From assembly GCA_010093995.1 (NCBI GenBank), contig ML992504.1, positions 1,956,726 to 2,013,749 on the forward strand: a stretch of DNA of 57,024 nucleotides, in the 5' to 3' direction. Shown in pieces: positions 37,734 through 48,272 of the stretch. A model generated the notes under the pieces. That model was given only the letters and a program-made list of their open reading frames with translations, searched no databases and had not been told where the DNA came from. Within the stretch, counting starts at the first letter, position 1. Each line of letters opens with the position of its first letter. The DNA comes from Elsinoe ampelina. Lineage: Eukaryota. A program made the position numbers and the translations under genes.

Positions 37734-39446
37734 ATGGCGAAAGACATAGCTCTAGCAGATTACCTGTTCGCACGCCTCCGACAAATAGGGATCGACAGTC
37801 TTTTTGGCGTTCCTGGTGATTACAATCTGACTCTACTGGACCACGTCGAACCATCCGGACTGCACTGGGTCGGCAATGCGAACGAGCTCAACGCCGGGTA
37901 TGCGGCTGATGGGTATGCCAAAATCAAGGGATGCGGAGCTCTCGTCACAACGTTCGGCGTCGGGGAGCTGTCTGCGGTGAACGCCATTGCAGGTGCATAC
38001 GCAGAGAGGGCGGCGGTGGTGCACATTGTTGGAAGTCCACCGAGATCAACCCAGGATGCGAGGCTCTTGGTCCATCATACCTTCAACGACGGCGAATATG
38101 GCAGATTCGCAAAGATGTATGAGGCCGTGACGGTGGCGAACGTCAGCATCCGAGATGCACGAACAGCGACGAGTCAGATTGACGTTGCACTAAGAGAATG
38201 CTTGGTGCACAGTCGGCCAGTATATATCGATATCCCTGTCGACATGGTCGATTCCAAAGTCGACGCTTCTTCCCTCGATGCTGCCATAACCATACCGGAG
38301 CTGGTGGCGACAGCGTCACAGCAGACCGTACTCGAAGAGATCCTTCAGAAGATCCAGGCTGCGAACAGTCCTGCCATCATAGTCGACGGCGAGGTCAGAT
38401 CTCTGCGAATCGTGGAACAAGTGGAAGAAGTCGTGAGAGCCACAGGTTGGCCGACCTGGACAACAGCTTTCGGCAAAAGTCTGGTCAATGAGACTCTCCC
38501 AAACTTCAACGGAATCTATCAGGGTAGATTCGACCGCAAAGAGGTCCAAGACGCTTTCCAAAGCTCCGACCTTATCCTGACCTTTGGACCACACTACAGC
38601 TCCACCAACACTTATGCCTTCTCAAGCATTCCAGACAGCGCTACTACGATATCGTTCTCCGACATGATCACCGTCCACAATAAGATGTACAGGGACGTCT
38701 CCCCTCGTCTACTGTTGGCCGCGCTCTTGCCTGCACTCTCCTCTATCTCTCTTCCGAAACATTCATCTCCGTCACTTCGACCGTCACCCGTGTCAAGTCC
38801 CGAGTCAGGATCTCTATCGCAATTAGCCTTGTGGTCGGCCATTAATCATATGCTGAAGGGGGGCGACATTATACTTGGTGAGACTGGCACAGCAGGACAC
38901 GGTGTTCGGCACTTTCAGCTTCCTGAACACTGCCGAATGTTTCTCCCAGTCACATGGCTATCGATAGGATACATGCTTCCCGCCTCTCTGGGCGCAGCTC
39001 TCGCGCAGCGTGATCTTGGGAAGTCCGACAAGAGCCATGTCGGCGACCGTACCATCCTTTTTATCGGGGACGGGAGCTTCCAGATGACGGCTCAGGAGCT
39101 TGGGACGATCATTCGTGAGGACCTCAACATGATCGTGTTCTTACTGAACAACGATGGCTACACGATAGAAAGGTGTATCCATGGATTGAAGGAAGGCTAT
39201 AATGATGTGTCAAGGTGGAGATATTTGCTTGCCCCAGTGATGATGGGAGCCAAAGAGGGAACTTACACAAAGAGGGCAGGCACATGGGAGGAATTGAGGG
39301 ACGTCTTGGGGGATGAGAAACTTACAGGTGGATCTGGTTTAAGGATGGTAGAGTTGATGTTGGCCAGCGAAGATGCGCCCAGTGGTCCATTGTGGCATAT
39401 GTTAAAGGAACAGCAGCGGATAGAGGTCGAAAAGAGTAAGAAGTAA
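37734..39446 (+). CDS. thiamine-diphosphate-dependent 2-oxo-acid decarboxylase (pyruvate/indolepyruvate decarboxylase family), intronless
   Basis: FGVPGDYNL, NELNAGYAADGY, TTFGVGELSA, LVHHT, GDGSFQMT..NNDGYTIER. Confidence 0.93.
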   Translation: MAKDIALADYLFARLRQIGIDSLFGVPGDYNLTLLDHVEPSGLHWVGNANELNAGYAADGYAKIKGCGALVTTFGVGELSAVNAIAGAYAERAAVVHIVGSPPRSTQDARLLVHHTFNDGEYGRFAKMYEAVTVANVSIRDARTATSQIDVALRECLVHSRPVYIDIPVDMVDSKVDASSLDAAITIPELVATASQQTVLEEILQKIQAANSPAIIVDGEVRSLRIVEQVEEVVRATGWPTWTTAFGKSLVNETLPNFNGIYQGRFDRKEVQDAFQSSDLILTFGPHYSSTNTYAFSSIPDSATTISFSDMITVHNKMYRDVSPRLLLAALLPALSSISLPKHSSPSLRPSPVSSPESGSLSQLALWSAINHMLKGGDIILGETGTAGHGVRHFQLPEHCRMFLPVTWLSIGYMLPASLGAALAQRDLGKSDKSHVGDRTILFIGDGSFQMTAQELGTIIREDLNMIVFLLNNDGYTIERCIHGLKEGYNDVSRWRYLLAPVMMGAKEGTYTKRAGTWEELRDVLGDEKLTGGSGLRMVELMLASEDAPSGPLWHMLKEQQRIEVEKSKK

Positions 39447-41351
39447 GACGGATGAGAATGCTTACCGATTTCACAATGTTCCCAGTGAATGTGATAGTTC
39501 GGGAAAGACCAGTGCTGCCCGATGATGGGACATGGGTGATTGAACAAGAATGCATACATCGAGAATAAATCCTCCGAGATTCTTGACAATGAGCTTAAAA
39601 GCTTTGTGTTGTTGATCGCGCATCACGTGCTCACGGGCGCTCCGCTTCGTGCCGCCCGAAATCTGCCGCCACAAACTGGTCATCACTCATCCTTCAAGAT
39701 CAACACAACATCTGACTCACCACTAGGTGTCCAGATATACAGACCATTTTTTCAGGACATCATGAGAATCAGTCCGTCGCTGCGAGTACTGCTCGCGACG
39801 GCACTGCAAGCGACCTTACACAGCAGACGAGGCCCGCCAGGCCCGACAATGGGCGCACTGCCAACAGCTTTCCACAGATGATCTCAACCAATACGTGACA
39901 GAGAACTGAACTCATTTGACAGACCCACATGCATGCCATACGTCTCAGCGTCAGAGGTTGTATAGGGGCCATGAACGCTGTACAGCCATTCAACTTGGAT
40001 CCTTGTCCGCCACCTCCCTCGAGACTCGACGGTTCTGATGCGAAGATGCTGATGCTATGTTTTCAATCTATGGGCAAGAGAAGCAACGTCGAATACGACC
40101 AGCTCTATCATGTCCGAAGCAGTCGCGAAAGAAAGCTTTGCATCCTCCTGGTGGCGATCGCGCCCATCGACTTGCATCAATGACAGATATCACACCCGGG
40201 AAAGAGCCTCTGGTACCCTGACACGGATCCTCCAAGGCCCTCCCAATGCTGGATTGAGCGAACGTCAAGGCGCACAGTGAATGATCCTGCGGTGCTACCG
40301 GTATGTTGGCCAATACATACTGATCGCAGACGATCGCATGGAGCAGATCGATGGAAGCTGATGTGTTTACTACGCCTTGTGAGCAGTGGATGGGCTCCGC
40401 ACACACCGATTAGGCGGCCCAGGGGGCCAATGTGCAATCTGTGGTGACAGCGTTACTTGCTTGCTCTTGGAAGTGGCGAACTCATGGATTCTCAGCGGCC
40501 GTATAGCGATTCTTGCAACAACCCCAATTATGGTGTCGACTGTGATTGTACGAGATGGCCAGACAAGACCGCTGCATCGAGCAAAGGTAGCTGCGAGTTT
40601 GGCGTGGTCGGTCAGAAGCGTGGAAGGACACGACTTCGTTCTGCAAGGTCTGGAAGCTCAAAATGAGACCCACAGAAGCCCTCCACTGGGCTTTAGAAGA
40701 AGTCTGATTCTGGCGCACACCACCTGTCAAAGCTGACGAATTAGCTGCTTTCATTACTTCGGACCTTCGGTATCCTCCAAGATAAGACACGAGTGCGATA
40801 GCTCACTTGTACGTTGCTCAGCACATCAATCAGCTCCGTTTCGGCCCTGTCGTGCCGCAAGACATCCCTCAGAACTTATCAGAGCTTTGTGTGCAAGCGA
40901 CCGACCAAACGAGGCGCCGGAAGCCGGAAGCCTGATGAGTGATGACCGAGGGGCGTCGGCCAAGCAAGTCTTGTGTCGAATAAGCTTCCAGCATGAGCTT
41001 GTCTCGGTTCGCGGCATGAACAGCCGCCGATGATCTCGAGCTTTTCTATGTCGCTAATTTTTCAAGGATGCAGTCTTGTGATAAGGGTTAGCACCGATCA
41101 GGCAGGTCATCTTGTGTTCCACCGGTTGACCCCGCAATCTTCTCACACCCTTTGCATGGCAAACGACAATCAAGCTTCAGTGCCCGTATCGGTACCCTTT
41201 GAAGGCGAAATTGACAACATGACGATGCGCTTTCAACCGGCCAGACCTGTGCGTACCCTGGTCTTTGCCGATCCAAGAGATGAGATACATATAGTGCACG
41301 TTACCCACACCCTGTTCAGGCGCAATCCTGAGAGCATCACTCTGTATCGTC

Positions 41352-43975
41352 ATGTCGTCCTCCAAGGCGTTCAGTCGTCGACTTGGCTTCAAGCGAGCAA
41401 ACACAAACCAGGAACCTGTCACTGTCAACACCGCAGAGGTTGAACAAAATGGCGAGGGATCCGGTACCACCAACATGGTCGTCGGACACGGCGATGCGAA
41501 TCCCATCATCGACGAAGTAGTCCGCGACATCAGTGAGGCAGAAGCCAACCACCGTTTGGATGTCTTCCGCCAGGATCACAAATGGGACCCAAACATGCCC
41601 GATGAGGCAATTGAGATGCTCGATGCTGTCACTGGAGCACACGACGCAAAGGGAGAGGCTCAGCTAGTGGGAGAGGTCATCGAGAACTCGCCATATCCCG
41701 AGGTCAGTTCAGATTGCTGTTGTGGGAAGGCCCTGATGCTAATCGATTGTTCAGGTACGAGCCGTCGTCCGCAACTACGACCAAGATGTTCCCGCAAGCA
41801 CCATTCGAGCATGGGTCATTGGCTTGCTCATGACCACCCTCTGCTCCGGAGTCAACGCCCTGTTCCTTCTCCGTTACCCACCGATTTCGATTGGCCCATA
41901 TGTGGTCCTGTTGGTCGCCTATCCAATGGGCCTATTCTGCGCCAAAGTGCTACCGGACAAGGAATTCAAGTTCCTCGGCATGACGGGCAACCTCAATCCT
42001 GGTCCGTTCAATGTCAAAGAGCACGTCATCATCGTTGCTATGGCTAATGCTGCGTTTGGTGGCGGTGCTGGATACTTCATCGACACTGTCGTTTCTCTTC
42101 GCAAATTCTACAATTTCGGCACTGAGGACTTCAGCTGGGGTTTCAACATCTTGTTTGCGCTGTCGACTCAGTGCCTTGGTTTCGGTCTGGCTGGCTCGGT
42201 GCGAAAGTTCCTGGTCGAACCTGCGTCCATGATCTGGCCCGGCGCACTCGTCAACGTTGGGTTCATGTACGCATTGCATGATCGTACCCCTAGCGACCCT
42301 TCCGTGACCCATGGCTGGTCTATCTCCCGTTTCAGATGGTTCATGTACGTCATGGCTGGCATGTTCGTCTGGTCCTTCTTTCCAGATTTCATCATCCCGG
42401 CGTTCAGCTACTTTGCTTGGGCTACCTGGGCAGCACCCAACAATGTTGTGGTCAATCAACTTTTCGGACAGACTACTGGCGTCTCGCTGCTGTACCCATT
42501 CACCGGCTTCACTCTCGACTGGGCGCAGATCAACTCCTTCTATAACAGCCCCCTGATTGCTCCTTGGCACTCCTTAGCGAACACAGGGATCGGTATCATC
42601 TTTTTCACTTGGATCGTCATTCCCGCCATCAACTTCTCTGGTGCCTGGTATGGCGATTATGTACCCATCCTACAGAATGGTATCCTGGACAACACTGGAG
42701 CGGTCTATAACACTTCGCGCATCCTCACGCCAGAGCATGTTGTTGATCCTCAGGCTTACGAGGACTACTCTCCCCTTTTCCTGTCCACCTCCTTTGGTAT
42801 TGCCTACGCCACCAGTTTCGCGACCATCGCCGCACTTGTCAGTCACACATATCTTTTCCATGGGAAGGAGATCTGGCGCCGCTGGAGGTCGTCTCAAGGC
42901 GAACTTGACGACGTCCACATGAAGATCATGCGGAAGTACAGGCTGGTCCCAACATGGTGGTATCTTGCCCTCCTCGCAGTCATGATCGCGTTCGCATTCA
43001 CCTCAGCTCTTGCATACCCTACTGAGATGGCCTGGTACTCTGTGATCCTCTCACTTGTCATCGCCGCTACCTGGACCATCCCTATTGGCATCATCCAGGC
43101 GTTCACCAACATTCAACTTGGCTTGAACGTCTTTACGGAATTCATCATCGGGTATCTACAGCCCGGTAGGCCTATCGCAATGATGATGTTCAAGACATTC
43201 GGATACATCGTCATGACACAAGCATTGTACTTCTGTCAGGACTTGAAGCTCGGTCACTACATGCACGTACCACAGCGATCTCTCTTCTTTGCACAGCTGG
43301 TCGCCACAGTCTGGTCCTGCTTCTGTCAACTTGCGACTGTCGAGTGGGCCATGGGCGCGATCAAGGGCGTTTGCACCGCCGCGGCTTCGGGTGAATTCAC
43401 TTGTGCTTACATCAAGACTTTCTACAACGCATCCGTCATCTGGGGCGCCATTGGACCGAAACATCTCTTCTCGGGTGATGCAGTGTACACCAACACACAA
43501 TGGTTCTGGCTCATCGGATTCTTCACGCCCTTCATCGTCTACGGTCTTGCGCGTGTCTTCCCGAGGGTCTCCCTCATCCGCCGTATCAGTGTCCCATTGA
43601 TCTTTGGCAGTATGGGATACGTCCCCCCATACTCCGCCATGAACATTGTAAGTCGAAGTCTAAGTGTTCTTGTGATATTACTGACTTTGTGGACAGCTGT
43701 CATGGGTGCTCGTCGGTTACATCTTCAACAGGTTAATCCGCAACAAGTTCCGAGGATGGTGGATGCAGTACAATTACGTCACCTCTGCAGCGCTGGATGT
43801 CGGTCTGGCCATCTGCGCCATCTTTCTGTTCTTCTGTGTCCAGCTTCCAGGAGGCGCCATGCCTGAATGGTGGGGTGTCAACATCGTAGGCGCGACTGTG
43901 GATGGAGCACAAACCGCCGTGAGAAAAGTCGTTACTGATGGCGAGATCTTCGGGCCCAAGGTCTGGAAATGGTAG
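41352..43975 (+). CDS. OPT-family oligopeptide transporter (Isp4-like); exons 41352-41702, 41755-43647, 43697-43975
   Basis: SPYPE|VRAVV, NPGPFNVKEH, DLKLGHYMHVP, YNYVTSAALD; many TM helices. Confidence 0.95.
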
Positions 43976-44129
43976 ACGCTTACTATAGTGTCTGTGAAGT
44001 GGATCTACGAGCCGCAGGGCGGGCAAATGCATTTACGCCTTAATGCTACAACTGCTCTCGATCCAACTATTTTAGCATTCGTTAACAAACACACTAACAT
44101 GAGTGTGCTATGCTTCTAAGCGTTCTTTG

Positions 44130-44430
44130 CTCTTGGGGGCGCCTTACACTTGCGTATGTCTTGCTCTCGTATGTATCTTGCTCTCGCATGTGTCTTGCTC
44201 TCGCATGTGTCTTGCTCTCGCATGTGTCTTGCTCTCGCATGTGTCTTGCTCTCGCATGTGTCTTGCTCTCGCGTGTGTCCTGCTCTCGGGGGCGCCTTAT
44301 ACTTGCGTATGTCTTGCTCTCGTATATGTCTTACTCTCGTATATGTCTTACTCTCGTATATATCTTACTCTCGTATATGTCTTACTCTTGTATATATCCT
44401 ACTCTCGTATATATCTTACTATTATATATA
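44130..44430. repeat. 17-bp minisatellite (CTCTCGCATGTGTCTTG) arranged in two ~152-bp higher-order blocks
   Basis: Units read directly; both blocks begin GCTCT(T/C)GGGGGCGCCTTA(C/T)ACTTGCGTATG (44130 and 44282). Confidence 0.92.
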
Positions 44431-45749
44431 TCTTAAAGTAGAGTTAGAGAGTTCTATATTCGATAGAAAAACTAATTAGTTTATAACTAGTAAGTCTACT
44501 ATATATCTATAGGTACTTTTAGGTTAGAGTTAGTACCTAACTAAGATAAGGCCTTAGGGGCCACTAGGATCGGAGCTAAAACGGGTTTAGTGCAGCTAAG
44601 AATTTGGCTTTTTTAAGTAAGATCTAAGTAGTAGAATCTAACTTTAAGAACATATATAACAACGCGCTTAATTACTATACTTTAAGCTATATTCGAATGT
44701 GCTTTACTCCTATACGTCATATACAATGTTTAAGGGCTATTAGAGGAAGAATAACATAACTCTACGTTTTATATTAACTAACTCTAAGGTCTAAGAATAG
44801 AGGTTAAGTGTAGAGAATCTCTAGACTACTAATAGATAATAGCAAGCTTAACCTTATTATACTCTACTTAATTAATCCTTATCTTTAGTAGGATCTTTAT
44901 CTTTATCTAAATCGACAAAGATAGTCTTTAGGCATAGTTATTATTATTTCCTATATACTAGAGCTACTATCGAAGATACTACTTACTTATCTTATAAACT
45001 GTTATTCTATTCTATATTAGGCTACGTTAGTAACATATACTAACCTATACTACGTACTCTAGACACTATATATCTTAGGAGGAAAAGTATATTCTAATAG
45101 TTTTACTAGAGCAGGGTTAGAGTATTTTCCTAGATTCTAATAGAATTTCTAACCTCTATTCTTTAGGACTTTCTAAGATTTTTTCTCTCTAAATTTTTTA
45201 GAGATTACTTATATTACCTAGGTCCTCTATAATACTTAGTATCATCTAGAATTATCGAGTATTACTTCTAGAATCTAGGTTATAGTATGCTAGGACTATC
45301 CTAAAAATCTTTTAAAGTTCCTAAGAAAATATAGAGTAGAGGTCTTAGTAGCTTTACTCCTAATAGTTAGAAACTCTAGAATATCTCTACAAATTTAAAG
45401 AGGCCTAGGTAGACTAGTAGACAGATATAGAATATATATTAAAGCAGAATAAATTTCCTAGTAAATAGAAGGTCTAAGAATTATAGATAACTCTATAGTA
45501 CTTAGATTATATATATAGATATTGCTCCTAGAGTTATTAGGGAAATCCTAGAGCCTATAATTCTTAATTAAATAATAGACAACTAGGATCTTTAGTAGAA
45601 ATACTTACCTCCTCTCTTGTCTTTATCTTTTCTAACTACCTCTTAGTATTCCCTTATTATTTTCTAGAGTCTAGGGTTCTTAGGATAGCTAGATTAATAT
45701 TTAATAGCTTTTTATAATACTAGATTTAGATCTAGTAAGTAGATTATAT

Positions 45750-46139
45750 NNNNNNNNNNNNNNNNNNNNNNNNNNNNNNNNNNNNNNNNNNNNNNNNNNN
45801 NNNNNNNNNNNNNNNNNNNNNNNNNNNNNNNNNNNNNNNNNNNNNNNNNNNNNNNNNNNNNNNNNNNNNNNNNNNNNNNNNNNNNNNNNNNNNNNNNNNN
45901 NNNNNNNNNNNNNNNNNNNNNNNNNNNNNNNNNNNNNNNNNNNNNNNNNNNNNNNNNNNNNNNNNNNNNNNNNNNNNNNNNNNNNNNNNNNNNNNNNNNN
46001 NNNNNNNNNNNNNNNNNNNNNNNNNNNNNNNNNNNNNNNNNNNNNNNNNNNNNNNNNNNNNNNNNNNNNNNNNNNNNNNNNNNNNNNNNNNNNNNNNNNN
46101 NNNNNNNNNNNNNNNNNNNNNNNNNNNNNNNNNNNNNNN
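45750..46139. other. assembly gap (N run)
   Basis: Run of n characters. Confidence 1.
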
Positions 46140-46399
46140 AGCTTCTAATTAGCTCTAGAAAGAACTAGCTTTATAGCTTACCTATAGCCTTTATAGCCTT
46201 TATAGCTTTTATAGAGCTTTTTACTAGTAAGAGATAGATATACCTAGTAGCCCTTTATACTAATAAGCCTAGTAGCCTTTATAGTAATATATATAGCTCT
46301 ATTTAGCCTATAGATCTTATCTCTGCTACTTTAACTCTACTAAGAGGCCTTAAATAAGGACCTTTAGTAAATGTAAGCCTTCCTAAGAACCTTAACTAA

Positions 46400-47394
46400 C
46401 TATAACTTTTAGTTCTAACCTCCTAGCTCTCTTGCAATTTTGCCTTCCTTCCTAAATAACTTCCTAAGCCTAGCGCTCCTAGTAACTATTATAGCTCCTA
46501 GGGCCTTATATACTAGGACTTCTATAACCTTCCTAGCTACTACTAGAGATAGAGTTACTAACCTAAATACCCTAAGTAAGCCCTAAGCCCCTAATACACA
46601 TCCTGATTTTACTAACACTTCTAGGCTATACCTAGGTTCCTATAACTCTTCCCTTTGCCTAGTAGGTCTAGGCTAACCTCTAGGGACTTAATATAGCCTA
46701 GCGTAATTCCCTAGACACCTAGGTTAAACCCCTAGTTAACGCTAATCTCTAGGTCTTCGCTAGGACTAGTCCTAAGTTCTAGCTTAACTAGCCTATTAAC
46801 CTAAGGACTCCTAGAACAACTATAAACCTTTCTAGATCTAATACTAACTACCTAGTTTCTCTACTTATCTATAGCGCTTCTAGGTATACTATCTACCTAG
46901 CTAGTTAGGAGTATACTTCCTATGCTTAGGGGAATAACAAATATAACTCCTATGTTACTATAACTACTCCTAATAGCACTATACTCCTAAGGGGCTCCTA
47001 TACTAACTATAGCTTCTAGAACAATTACTATAGCTATAGCTTGTCTAGTACGTGTTCCTAAGTTTCCTAATCGATCCTAACTAACATAAGTCCTAGACTA
47101 CTAGAGAGCTTCTAGACACCTCTCTACTAACTTTACCTCTATACGTCCTAGGGCTTCTAGACTTATAAGACGCCTTAGAGGTCTCCTAACCGACGATAAA
47201 GCTACTAGGGGCTTCCTAATTAAGCTTCCTAACGACTCTAACTCTTCTAAGAACTAGCGTACTCTAGACAATTTCCTAGCTCTCCTAGATAATATTAAGG
47301 CTTAGGTAACTACCCTAAGGGATAGAGGCTACCTAGTAGAGTAGGACAAGCTCCTAGATCTTACTAAGTCTAGGCTTATCTTTAATAAGGCTTA
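46400..47394 (+). pseudogene. RIP-destroyed DUF3716-like gene of copy 1
   Basis: Collinear with the intact gene at 54230-55222; many TAA/TAG stops; start coordinate approximate. Confidence 0.8.
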
Positions 47395-48272
47395 GGGCTA
47401 GTTAGGATTATATATAGCCTTAGGGTAACTTTAGAGGATATTAGAATAGAGTAGCTAGCTCTCTTAGTTTTCTTAAGTATAGAGTAAGTAAGTAGCTTTC
47501 CTAGGGTTTAGATAGCTTAGTCTAAGTGTTTTAGATGTTATAATAGGCTAGTAAGCTTCTAGATATTATAACTCTAGTTCTAAATTAAAAATCTTTACTA
47601 ATAGTCTATTAAATTTCCTAGTGTTTCTATAATACATAGGTAATATAGTATCTTTCTAATATGCCTAAACCTTCTAACCTTAGGTTAGAATTCTAAGCTT
47701 AGCTAAGAGTTAGAGTAATCTTAGAGTCTTCTTATAATTTATGCCTAATATAATATTCTTCTAATTCGCCTAGACCTACTTACCTTAGAATTTTAAGCTA
47801 AGTATTTCTAACTATTAGAGTAGTTACCCTATGCTACTAGAGTATCCTAATTTGCCTAAGCCTACTATATATAGAGGCCTTGTTATTAGCTAATATAAGT
47901 GTAGTTACTGTTTTGCCTAATCCTATCTAATTAGTAAGAATTTCTCTAGTTAAGCCGTCCTTACGTTCTTAGTTAAGCATAAAGCCTACTCTAACTCTAA
48001 AAAACTTAGACTATATTTTTTTAATTTATATCTAGTATAGTAGCTTCCTAATTTGTCTAGGCCTACTAACCTTAGGGCCTAAACTCTAAGTCCTCTACGT
48101 CTTAGTCTACTAAACATCTAAGATCTACTATCCCTTAGAACCTTAGAAGAGTAGTCTAGAGCTTTAGAGGTTCTCTAATAAAGGTTAAGTCTCTATATAG
48201 AATACTAAGCTTTATATAAAAGGTACTACTATTTAATACTTCCTAGATCTATTTAGTTTACTTCTATCTACT

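Noticed and set aside
39500..41300. Hidden gene or remnant in the long intergenic region
   Set aside because: Only short ORFs without recognisable motifs or a consistent exon chain.
44103..44479. Cys/Leu-rich ORFs in three frames, or a CRISPR-like array
   Set aside because: They are translations of a 17-bp tandem repeat with no unique spacers, in a eukaryotic context.
44450..45054. A separate DNA transposon abutting copy 1 at a TA
   Set aside because: RIP-like sequence, but I found no matching inverted repeat or transposase motif.
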